In this document: in pieces, positions 1-11,600 of the stretch | How the letters are laid out: every line of letters starts with the position of its first letter | Position numbering within the stretch: the first letter of the stretch is position 1 | The notes under the pieces: model-generated | What the model saw: the letters and a program-made list of their open reading frames with translations, nothing else | Databases searched by the model: none | Told to the model about the DNA's origin: nothing | Program-made: the position numbers and the translations under genes | Source: Dendrobates tinctorius | Taxonomy: Eukaryota | Direction of reading: 5' to 3' | NCBI RefSeq assembly: GCF_039654945.1 | Contig: NW_027362062.1 | Location: 3,720,001-3,784,000, forward strand | Length of the DNA: 64,000 bases

Positions 1-384
1 ATTCCCCCCAGCGCACGCACTGTGCACTACAAGGATTCACCAGTTTCTGAGTCGGGACCAGAAGGTATGTATGAGTTATAGATACTCCTGGCCAGTGGGC
101 GTGGCCTTGCTCCATACACTTGTATGGAGCCAATGTCGCACCCCATGTAGTGATGCGGCCAGTGGGTGTGGCTTATTAGAGGGCGTGGCCTCACTCCATA
201 CAAGTGTATAGAAAGCGAGGCTGCGCCCACTGGCCGAGAGAATGTATATCTCATTCATACCCTCCGGTCTCGGGTTCAATACTGGCTAATCCCTGAAGCA
301 CCCAGTGCATGCGCTGGGGGGATTCATAAGTCTGCAGTCACACAGGGTGAATGAAGACTTATTGATTTGTACCGGACAACCCCT
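1..384. mobile_element. Palindromic TTAA-targeting MITE (T2/Kolobok-like), left end outside window
   Basis: 1-60 is the reverse complement of about 265-325; ends ...GGACAACCCCT followed by TTAA at 385-388. Confidence 0.6.
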
Positions 385-1259
385 TTAAATGTCACTGCTA
401 TGCTCCGTTAGCGTGCGGTCTCTGATGGGTTGGCAGCCATATTAATGATCACACCAGATATGAAGCTGCAAGAGGACGCTGGGGTAGCGCAGGAAGGTGA
501 GATTTTCTTTTCCTCTGTGAATGGGCAGGGTAGTGGACATAGGGGCCCAGGATGGGGAGGGATACATAGGGGACCAGAATGGATGAACGTCACCTTGAGA
601 GTGACGCTTAAGGTAAAGAACGTTAGTACGCACACCCAGGGACCAGAGGCGTAGCTAGGGTTTTGGTTCAGGGGGGGGCGAAACTTCTGACTGGGCCCCT
701 AACCAGGTAACCTTGATTATAACTGGGTGATGCACCTTAATAGTGGAGGAGAACCTCAGCAGAGGACCGCGCTGTTACTGAAAATAATTGCTATATAAAG
801 ACCAACATTGATATTACCGCCATATGGTCAGTGGTAGATCCTACAGAACATACTGTATAAGAGATCACAGCACAGCTACAGATAATGACCTACCGCTGAC
901 ATTCTTTCTGAAGGAACCGTTCACTTTTCACGTCTTTTCCATCTGGCCCAGACCAACATGACAACTTCTCCAGCCAGGACTCAGCTACAGAGAATACAAC
1001 AAAGACATGTTTCACTTCTCACTGTCCAAAACGGGATTATCCCCAACCTGCACAAACTCCTCATCCTGCTGATGCCCCAATGCTGATCCGCTGCTGTCGT
1101 ATGTGACCCTATTAATGCACCTGCTGTGTGGCCCTGTGTGACCTCTAATTTTTAAAGCAACCCTCTAGAAAATACTAAGGCCGGGTGCAAGTGCCCTAGA
1201 AAACAGTGCCCACATTTTGTCCCCTAGAACGTAATAATGTTTTTTTTTTTTTTTAACTC

Positions 1260-3100
1260 TATATTGTATAATGCACTCCCCGTAGGCAGACTCTATACTG
1301 TACATAATGCACTCCCCATAGGCAGACTCTATAGTATAATAAATTCCACATAGGCAGCCTCTGTAGAGTAATGCACCCCTATAGGCTGCCTCTATAATGT
1401 AATGCACCCCCATAGGCTGCCTCTATAATGTAATGCACCCCCATATCCACCCTCTGTAGTATATGCAACCCCCATAGCCACCCTCTGTAGTATAATGTAC
1501 CCCCATAGCCACCCTCTGTATATGCACCCCCATATTCATCCTCTGTAGTATATGCAACCCCCATAGCTACCCTCTGTATATGTGGGTCGCCCTCCTGTGG
1601 GGTACTCGGTACTGGGCCGGTCTCTCAGAGGGGGTTGTCACAGCAGCGGTGACCCGGTCCGTGGCCCTGGGCGCCCATGTAAAAGGTGTTGAGTTGGGAA
1701 TAAAGTTTATAAGTGATTCGTGACGCCACCTGTGGTGATCGGCAAGGGAGGTGTTAAGCCGGCGCTGCAGGCAGATCCTCTGGGACTGATGGTGTGGTGC
1801 AGCAATGATGTTGTAGCCCTCCACAGGCAGGGCTGTAGTCCCGGGGCAGTGTAGCGGAATGTTTAGGAAGAGGGTGCAGTGTTTGGCACAGAGATGTAGC
1901 AGTGCTGAGGATGTTGCAGGAAGGAGGCAAGGACACAACAGGGTGCAGTTTCTTTACCTTTACTTGGCAAACGCAGTCCAGGGTCCTGATTACAGATGGC
2001 ACAGGAGCAGGCTAGCCTGGAAGCAACTCAGGAATCTCTCTATCAGATGGGTTGTGTCTCCTTCCTAGCGCTGGCTTGAGGTACATGCAGTACAGTGTTA
2101 CACTGAAGTTCCTCCTTCTTATTGTTTCTTAGAACTACCTCGTATGGCAGACAGCTGTAGCCTTCAATCTCTCTTGGCTCACCGCTCACTGTTGTGCCTC
2201 CGAGTCTTAGTTGGGAATAGAGCATTTACAGCTTCCTATTCCTCTGGTTTCTGTTGCAGGACCTTCAGTATCCATACAACCGTGGAGACCAGGCTCCAGA
2301 TCATGCGCTCTCACTGGGAGGGAGCTCTCTATCCTCAGCTCAACCTCCAGCTTCTCGCCACACGTCTACACTCGTTGCCCTCCTCACACTAACTCCTCAT
2401 TTCCCTTCCTGGCCCTCAGAGAGCACTCCTCCCCCAATTCTGGTTCAGAGCTCCCTCTGCTGGCCTGGAGTGGGAACTGCCCTTCATTGCCTCCAAGCCT
2501 GACATCACCCTCCCTGGAGGAAGGCAATGCCATTGTGGCGACCATACTCCTGGGGGCGCCACATATGCATTCCCATAGCCACCCTCTGTATATGCACCCC
2601 CATAGCCACCCTCTGTATATGCACCCCCATAGCCACTCTCTGTATATGAACCCCCATAGCCACCTTCTGTATATGCACCCCCATAGCCACCATCTGTATA
2701 TGCACCCCATAGCCATCCTATGTATATGCACCCCCCATAGCCATCATCTGTATATGCACCACCATAACCACCCTATGTATTGCACCCCCATAGCCACCCT
2801 CTGTATATGCACCCCCATAGCCACCCTCTGTATATGCACCCCCATAGCCACCCTCTGTATATACAACCCCATAGCCACCCTTTGTATATGCACCCCCATA
2901 GCCACCTTCTTTATATGCACCCCCATAGCCATCCTCTGTATATGCACCCCCCATAGCGATCCTCTCTATATGCACCCCCATAACCACCCTGTGTATTGCA
3001 CCCCTATAGCCATCCTCTGTATATGCACCCCCATAGCTACCCTATGCATATGCACCCCCATAGCCATCCTCTGTAGGATAATGCACCACTCCCCCATAAA
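1260..3100. repeat. Minisatellite (about 27-31 bp, GCACCCCCATAGCCACCCTCTGTATAT-like), split by the LTR into about 1260-1580 and 2565-3100
   Basis: Tandem copies visible; source of the HPHSHPLYM/CTPIATLCI repeat ORFs. Confidence 0.9.
1583..2563. mobile_element. Solo LTR (Gypsy-like)
   Basis: TG...CA termini with short inverted ends (TGGGTCGCCC / GGGCGCCACA); 4-bp TSD TATG (1579-1582, 2564-2567); interrupts the minisatellite. Confidence 0.7.
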
Positions 3101-5231
3101 CGAAATACTCACCTCGCTTCCTCCTGGTTCCTGCGCTGATCCCGCTCATCTCCGACTGCAGGCGCCGGGTACTGACGTCATCGCGCCCCCTGTCAGTGTC
3201 GTCAGACGCTGACAGGGGGATGATGAGAGGAGCGCTCGCTCCTTCTGTCATCAATGCAGTCAGCAACACCGCTGACCCTGCGATGACGGGCGGGGGGCCC
3301 ACTGCTGGCACCGGGCCCCCCGCCTGCTCAGGGGCCCATAGCGGCCGGAAGGCAGAGGAGGGAGATTGATTATCCCTGCTCTGCCGCAAAATACATCTGT
3401 AGCGTAGCGCCGGGTGGGCCCCCTGAGAGCGCGGGGCCCGGGACCACCGCCCCCTCTGCCCCCCCAGTAGCTACGCTACTGCCAGGGATCCATCTGTTTG
3501 GTGGTTAGAGCTTACGAAGTAAAACTTGGCCAGAGAAGTTCCTTACACTGGAATCTGATGAATAGTGCTTTGGGTGGGCACTTGATGGCTTCTCCCCTCT
3601 CATCTAGTCTAGATTGACAGGTCCCTCGCTATTTGAGTATAGGGAAAGACCTTAGACCTGTCAATCTAGTGGGGTGAGGAGAAGGTGTTACAGGGAAGAT
3701 GGCTCAAAATCAGGCATTTCTCTGTAATCGATGACAACATTGTAATAGTGTTTCATGTCTAAAATCCATGCTGTGGTGGTAAGTAATCAAAACATTATAA
3801 AGATGGTAGAATGAGGAGAAAGTGGAATAACATGGCTGTGATTTTAGTATAAACATTTTTATTACATGATGGAATCTCTACGGTGTTTTCCACAAAACAA
3901 GGAGTGATTGGAAAACATTGCAATGTAATATGGAAGAAAAGCAGGCCTCTGGACGTGTACCCAAGCGTATGTAAAATATGTTGATCCAATAAAAAGGTAA
4001 AACGCCACTTATTATGGTAACCCAATATCTAATCTGTCGCTCGTGGTGCTCCACTAGGGATAGGGTCCTATAGGAAAGATTAAACTAGTGCCCATTATAG
4101 TACCAGGTCTTGTCACACAAGACAGAAGAGCGTGCTGTTAGTTTCACCCTTTCCCTACTATTCAAGGGTTATTCCTATCTGTAAGAGCAGGTGTAGATCG
4201 CCGTGGATTTTCTCATCCGGGGAATCAGGTTGATTATGCAGAGCTTGATCAGAGTGTGAGCACAGTGTGATCCGATTCTCTTGGATTCCAAGAAGATGGA
4301 GAAAAATGTTGTCAGAGTGCAGTTCGATGGTTTCCACGGACTCATTGATTTGCATGGCCGAGTGCCATCGGAATATTGCATCAAACTCATACATACGGCA
4401 AAAATCGTACATGCGCTCTGCTCCATTGGTCCGAGTGAAATCTGACGTTTTGTTGGATCCCAAAATATGATCATTTGAACCTGCCCTAAAAGTTATCCCC
4501 TATCTACAGTGATTGGTGGTCCTACTGCTGGGATACCCAACCAATCTCGAGAACGGGACTCATAAACGCCCATCTGAATGGATCATTGGCCGGGCATGTG
4601 CACCACCACTCTATTCATTCTGCATGGCACTGCTGAAAGACGCCCAGCGCTGTACTATATCTTCTTTGCAAGTCCCATGGACAATGATTTGAGCAGTGGT
4701 GCACATGCCCGGCCAATGCTCCATTCAGACTGGGCATACCAGAGCCCAGTTCTTGGGACTGGTGGGAGATAACACATTCATAGCCACGACTCTCCACCAA
4801 TGTTTCTAGAGGAATGGGTTATCTCTAAGTAACAGCATGAAAGGCACAACAACCAGAACTGGAACTTTTACCATCATGGGGCTCATAGCTGCTTATGTGG
4901 GATACCCACTCTTGCTCCTGCTTCAGGGGGCAGCCAAATTACTATAGATATAGGGTAGCCCATCCATATAAGATTGGTGGAGGTGCAACTCTCAACTGTG
5001 CTGTGCTGGAAATTGGACTGCGCTCTTCCATTCACTTCAATAGGACACTGCTGCAATACCCAGCACAGCCACTAGTATAAAGATAAACAAGGCAATGATA
5101 TTATCAGGAGGCTGCAGAGTGCATGGTGAGTGTGGCTGCCTCTTCAGTGATTACAATGATTCCTTTATAGGGATCACAGTCCCTTCAAATATCTGATCGA
5201 TGCAGGTACCAAGAGTTGAACCCCCCACTAA

Positions 5232-5603
5232 AGACACTGTCACACTAAGCGATATCGCTAGCAATATCGCTATAACGTCACTGGTTTTTGTGACGTCTGA
5301 TACCTCCGACCGGCTCCCCCGCTGGTTATCGCTGATCGCGCGAGAACATCCTGGACCGTTTCTCGTCGTCAGCTTCCTGCTGGGCTTCCTGCTGTGGCGA
5401 GGAGCGACGCAGGGACGCAGGCGGGAGGACATCTTCATCGCCTCGTCTGACTGGTAAGTAGCGACCCCCGACCCTGCTATGTCGCTGGTGAGATCTGCCT
5501 GTGTGGCAGCTCACTAGCGACCACTGAGCGATGTACCAGCTATCCTGACCGCGTCATATCGCTGGTCGGGATCGCTGGTGCATCGCTAAGTGTGACAGTA
5601 CCT
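5232..5603. mobile_element. Harbinger-type MITE
   Basis: Inverted ends ACTGTCACACTAAGCGAT / ATCGCTAAGTGTGACAGT next to TAA/TTA; ATCGCT-rich interior; related copy at 38863-39376. Confidence 0.6.
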
Positions 5604-6849
5604 TAATATAATATTGATGGACTATCCTAAAAATAAGCAACTAATTTTCTTTTCCGAGAAAACCCCTTTAAGAATCTGTATTTCTAACTTCCTATAGGAA
5701 CAAGGTCACCCTGAGGAAACCTACATAAACACAAAGAAACATTAAACCCCATTGCAGATTTTACTTTTTGCCAGATCCAAATCCTAATTGTTACTTCCCT
5801 AGAATGTTAATTTGTGCTACTCAGAATATTTCTTTAAATGTGATCAGATCAAAAATTGGATAGGAAAATGTACATATTAAATTCACTTACTGGTCCCTGA
5901 AGGTTTTTTTTTTTTTTTCTAATTACTATTGGTTTCGCACATAATTCTGGATAGATTTTTGACAAAGCTCATTGATGTGACCTCTTTGGGCACCCATGTT
6001 TGTTGTATATATTAAAGGCAAAAAAAAATGAATTAAGGGAACAGTGCCACCCAGTGGTCAAATAATAATTGCAACCATAGAAGTGTGTTGAAGGCTGTAT
6101 TGCAATGGAAGGTCATGGATGTTGTCTATTTAGATTTTCATAACAGTGAGTTACAGTAGGGGTCAGTATTGGGCCCTCTTCTTTTAATATATTTATGAAT
6201 GACCTTGTAAAGAGTTTATTTTCAATATCTGCAGATGATACTAAGCTCTGCAAGGTAATTAACACAGAGTAGGATAATTTAATATGACAGAGGGATTTGG
6301 GGAAGCCGAAGGCTTGGGCCATTAAACAGCAATTGAAGGATAATGTAGATAAATGTACGGTTATGCACTAGGGCAGAGAAAACAAAATGTACAATTATGT
6401 GCTAAATAGTAAAACACTGGATAAAACTCACTGAAATAAGAAAAAGACTTGGGTATATGGGTGGACAACAAACTCAACTTTAGTGACCAGTGCCAGGCAG
6501 CTGCTGCCAAGGCAAATAAAAAAATAGGATGCATTAAAAGAGGCTCATGACAAGAACATAGTTTTCCTCCATACCTGTCACTCGTGCAGCTACACTTAGG
6601 TACTGCGTACAATTTTGGTCTCCAGTGTATCAGAAGGACATCACTGAACTAGAGTGGGCGTAAAGAAGAGTGACCAAGACTGTTAAGGACATGGGTGGAC
6701 TGTAACACCAAGACCGGTTATTAAACTTGGGATTATTCAATTATGAGATACAAAAACATAGGGGAAATCTTATTGCAATGTACAAATAAATGAAGGCACA
6801 GTACAGAGATCTTATAATGATCTTTTTAGATATAGAGGAAATATTAAAC

Positions 6850-6905
6850 TGTAAAGCGCTGTGGAATATGTTGGCGCTATATAAATAAACATTATTATTA
6901 TATAC
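6850..6905 (+). mobile_element. L2-type LINE/SINE 3' tail
   Basis: TGTAAAGCGCTGTGGAATATGTTGGCGCTATATAAATAAA followed by (ATT)n. Confidence 0.6.
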
Positions 6906-6974
6906 ATTATATATTACTCTATGTATAGAGAGAGAGTTTAATCATAATCACAGATGACGATTCTTTAAAATGGA

Positions 6975-7512
6975 GCAGTGAGACTATCGACTCTTTAAGA
7001 GTGTTGAGATTATGGATTCTTTACTGTAAAAATAGTGAGATTATGGATTCTTTACTGTAAAAGCAGTGAGATTATGGAATCTTTACTGTAAGAGCAGTGA
7101 GACTATGGATTATTTACTGTAAGAGCAGTGAGATTATGGATTATTTACTGTAAGAGCAGTGAGACTATGGATTCTTTACTGTAAGAGCAGTGAGATTATG
7201 GATTATTTACTGTAAGAGCAGAGAGATTATGGATTCTTTACTGTAAGAGCAGTGAGACTAGGGATTCTCTACAGAAAGAGCAGTGAGATTATGGATTCTT
7301 TACTGTAAGTGTAGTGAGATTATGGATTCTTTACTGTAAGTGCAGTGAGATTATGGATTCTTTACTGTAAGAGCAGTGAGACTATGGATTCTTTACTGTA
7401 AGAGCAGTGAGACCATGGATTCTTTACAGAAAGAGCAGTGAGATTATGGATTTTTTACTGTAAGAGCAGTGAGACCATGGATTCTTTACAGAAAGAGCAG
7501 TGAGATTATGGA
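6975..7512 (+). repeat. 31-bp minisatellite (AGCAGTGAGATTATGGATTCTTTACTGTAAG), about 17 copies
   Basis: Period 31 (e.g. 7091, 7122). Confidence 0.95.
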
Positions 7513-8297
7513 ATGCTCTGTCCTATGATGCTGTCATTGTTGAATCACCAAAAAAAAAGTTTATGAGGGCGCTTGAATGCCTATTTTGAAAAATATAATA
7601 TGCCTTTCTCTTGATCATCACGTTAGGTTATAGGGACTTTCGCCTTCTTTTAACCTTAAAACTATGAAACTATCATTAAAAATATACTATTGGTGCTTAC
7701 TCTTACAGAATAAGACATATGGAACAAGAACATGAAATAAATAAGACTAATAACTTCTCCCTTCCGGTTACATATTTTGTCAGTACAACACGTCTTTAGG
7801 ATGCACAGCTCGTGGCAGAAGTGTCAGGGGAAAGGACAAAACAAGAATTTGGTGCCGATAGTGAATCATCTAGAGCTGCAAAAATTAACATTTGCAGAGA
7901 TTTAGAGATCAAAGGCAAAGCTTTAAAAAATTAGCTTCGGAGGATATGCAAAATGATTCCTAAAATAGCACAAATGATAAGCAATGGGCAAGGGAGATAA
8001 TTGGAGAATGAATTAAGAAGGGGGAAGGGAACTGAGAAGTTTTGCTTCCACTGCCCAAAATGTGAGGGGTGAAGATATAATGGAATCAGAGTTCAGATGT
8101 TCTGTGTGTGTGGGAGTGAGCCGTCACCTACTACAGTAGATACATCCAGCTTGTGTTTGAACATGAATTTTGGTGGGAGTGGAGGGGCACAGCATGCTCA
8201 GTCCTGTGCCTATCCTAAGAGGGGGTGGCATTAAACCCTAAACATACAACCTTTCTCTTTTGTAATTCGACTCTACGAATGAGGTTCAGTGAAACCA

Positions 8298-8348
8298 GGT
8301 AATCAGTAACCCGACTGGATCATCCGATGAGACAAGAGGTGGTGTGAT
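8298..8348 (+). promoter_or_regulatory. PCSK9: PCSK9 proximal promoter: HNF1 site (8298-8310), HINFP-like motif (8317-8329), sterol regulatory element (8339-8348)
   Basis: GGTAATCAGTAAC vs HNF1 consensus GTTAATNATTAAC; GGATCATCCGATG; GTGGTGTGAT vs human SRE GTGGCGTGAT; 28 nt between HNF1 and SRE. Confidence 0.75.
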
Positions 8349-8516
8349 TCTGCTTTTCCCCTCCCAAAACTTAGTGAGTACTTTTTTTTTTTCCAGTATT
8401 TACTATATTAGCATTGGTTTTATTCCAATAGCACGTTGTATAACATCCTCTTTTTGGACCTGCAAAGGTTTGGATATTTCATATCTGTATCCATTGTTCT
8501 TGTCCAGGGTGACACC

Positions 8517-8696
8517 ATGATCCTACATGTCTCCGTCCTGCTTTGGGCATGCTGTTTGCTGCTCGGTCCGGTCAAAACTGCTGCAGATGAAGGAGATTAC
8601 GGAGAAGAAATCGTCCTCACACTTGCCCTAGAAGAAGAGGCCAATGTGGAGATGGAGAAGAAGGCAACTCCAGGGGTTTTCCTCTGGAGCAATAGG
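8517..8696 (+). CDS. PCSK9: PCSK9 coding exon 1 (signal peptide, acidic DEGDYGEE segment)
   Basis: ACCATG start; donor GTACGT at 8697. Confidence 0.88.
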
Positions 8697-11600
8697 GTAC
8701 GTTCTCTACTCAGTATTTGCTAGTTTTTCCATGTTACGTGCAATAGAAAATGTTTTAAAGAGGATATATATATACTTATACATACATGTAAATCCACACC
8801 CCTAACCCTCACCCTTGCCTTTGATGCAATATGGTGCCACTTGTATGATTGCAGTACTAGGGGGATTTGTTACAATACATTTCTATAACCACATTTAATA
8901 TTTAGAATTATCGATTCTATTGCTCAAAATAAGGGGCGGAATCACAAAATAGAATTGAGTACAAATCCAAAGACTTTCTATTGACCCCATGTGACGCTCT
9001 AGGATAATATGAATACTTCACTCTCTTGGTTGGGGTTATCAGGACCTGGATGCCCCCCAATCATCACTACTGAAAAAGGGCTAGAAAATATATATATAAA
9101 AAAATGTTAATTTCCCCTTTAAAGTCTACTTTAACAAAATTATGTTTCCAATCCAACACAACCCCTTGCTCTCTGCTGACTACCACATTTTTTCCCACTT
9201 GTTCCAGCACAATGATCTCTAATTAAGCTCGGGACTGGCAGACATTTCCATGACTGCTTTTGACTACATGGATGGAGCCTCCTCGCCTTGTTCAATCCCA
9301 TTCGCCTATTAATAATTATCTGTGACCATTACTAGACTCCATTGTCACTAACACGGGGAGGGTTAAGGTAATGGGTGGGTAACGGTTCCCCTATAAAACT
9401 AGGGCAGTTACATAGCAACATAATTTGGACAGGTCGGCTTTACTCAGCACGATGGCAGATGCGGTGTGTGTTGGCTACAGCCACTTTAAGACCCTGCTCT
9501 CTGTGAATCTGTTTCCATCACACAGACCCTGCCCTTGTCTCCTTTACACAGACCCCATTCTCTGTGACACTGTCTCCATCACACAGACCCTATTACTATC
9601 TAGGGCTCTGTCTCCATCACACATTCCCTGCTCTCGGGGACTTTGTCTCCATCACACATTCCCTGCTCTCGGGGACTTCGTCTCCATCACACAGACCCTG
9701 CTCTCGGGGACTTTGTCTCCATCACACAGACCCTGCTCTCGGGGACTTCGTCTCCATCACACAGACCCTGCTCTCGGGGACTTCGTCTCCATCACACAGA
9801 CCCTGCTCGCTATAGCTCTGTCTCATTCACACAGACTCTGTTCTCTATGGCTCTGTCTCTTTCGCACAGACTCTGTTCTCTAGGTCTCTGTCTCCTTCAC
9901 ACTTTTCTCAGTAGCGCTTGACAGAGTACTTGCTGGACCACCTCTTTCATGATTAGACTCTATAAGCTCTAGAAAGACCTCCCCATCACTGTTTTGTAAC
10001 CTCCAGTTTACCACTTTCATAGCCATAGACTTCCGACTCCTCTGTTTCACCTCAAAGAACAATCTTGCTTATTCAGGTGACTAGCACCTGGCCTAAAACT
10101 GCACATAGCTTTATCAGCCTATAGTCTGCACACTCTGAGAATGGAACCAAACCTTCTTCTCATGTGGGCTCTCCTCTGTGAAGCATATCATTATCGCCAT
10201 AGTCTGCTTTTGGGCAACGCAAACCCCTTCCTGGACCTCGCCAGTCCGCCCGGGAACTGTCAGCCAGATGACTTCTCCTTCAAAGCATCTGACATTCAAT
10301 GGCGCCACATAGCATGGTGGCTCGTGCTCCAATACAACGTGATAGAGGCTGCAAATAAAAGGGGTCACAAAGTTCACCATCCTTACAGACATACTTTGAA
10401 GCTGAATGGGAGTATCACACTGGAAATAGGAACCCACCTTTCAACAAATTTGGCACAATTTGACCTCTCAAGAAGACAGATAATTCAGTTTACATTTTGC
10501 TATCAGCATGCATAAAAATTGCCCACAGATTTGACCTTTTTACTAAATATACAGTACTTTATATTACTCCATATATCTTTGGCGGTCATGCCCATTTTTC
10601 TTTTCACTTTTCAAATTCAGTAAGTTCCTTCAAATTCTGGAACAAAGGTTTGCAGGTCACATTTGCTTTTGTATCGTGGCACCTTTTACATAAAAACATA
10701 AAAAAAAAGATTCTGGCCTCTGCTTTTTTTTTTACTTTCTCTTTTCTCATCCAATGACCAGAGACTATTTCTTTTTAGGATGCTTGGAGAATGTCCGGCC
10801 AGTACGTGGTGGTCCTAAAAGAAAATGTTCACAAGTCCCAGACAGAAAGAGTAATCCGTCGTTTGCAGACCAGAGCGGCCAAGCATGGCTACCTAACCAA
10901 AATTATCTATACTTTCCATGAACTTTTCCCTGGGTTTGTGGTAAGGATGAGCAGTGATCTCTTGGAGATGGTAAGTGGCAGATATTCATCATTTCAATTC
11001 ATTATGATTACCGTAATTTTGAAAAAAAAAAAACAATAAAAGAAAAAAATTCTGCACTGAATTTGGTCCCAAATCAGCAATAAACCCACATGTGTTACTT
11101 GCAAATTTTGTTGCAGATTTGACTTTTGGATTTAACCTTAGACCATACAAAGTATTGAATATGGTGGAATCCGCCTTGAAAATCCGTACATGAACGACCA
11201 CGTTGCAGATTTGATACTTAAATTTTTTCGCTATTTTTTTACCGCAAAGTGTGAATAAAATTTTGAAGCACCCAATTATTTGTATTGTACTGTAAATTGC
11301 CGCAAATTTGCAGAAAATCCTGAACGTGTGAACTTAGACTAATAGTAAAATATAACCTCTATCTTTCCCTTAGGCCCTGAAGTTGCCACATGTAGACTAT
11401 ATTGAGGAAGATTCCTATGTGTTTGGCCAGACTGTACCGTGGAACCTTGACAGGATTGTGCCCGCTCCACATGTCGCCAACCACTTCAACCCCCCAAGTA
11501 GGATATTTCTTACCATTCATATATGTCTTATGCGTACATTTATTTTTTATGCTGTACAAGCTAGTACTGATTGTAATATGTGGGTTAGGCCTCATTTAGA

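Larger units (their letters stand above)
644..3481. mobile_element. Non-autonomous hAT-like element containing minisatellites and a nested solo LTR
   Basis: TIRs CAGAGGCGTAGCTA / TAGCTACGCTACTG; 8-bp TSD CCAGGGAC (636-643) vs CCAGGGAT (3482-3489). Confidence 0.75.
6130..7610 (+). mobile_element. Degenerate CR1 LINE ORF2 3' fragment, interrupted by an L2 tail and a minisatellite
   Basis: Remnants of [32 protein letters not shown] motifs with stops and frameshifts. Confidence 0.8.

Noticed and set aside
2211-3212. 333-aa His/Pro/Cys-rich ORF
   Set aside because: Reads through an LTR end and a minisatellite; no domain or splice structure
8436-8516. N-terminal extension of PCSK9 suggested by the ORF track
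   Set aside because: Starts at TTG, would bury the signal peptide, and overlaps a probable 5' UTR intron
9900-10500. Possible extra exon or old retroelement in PCSK9 intron 1 (ORFs 10114-10437, 10141-10515)
   Set aside because: No recognisable motif; exons 1 and 2 already join in frame; cannot be classified without a search
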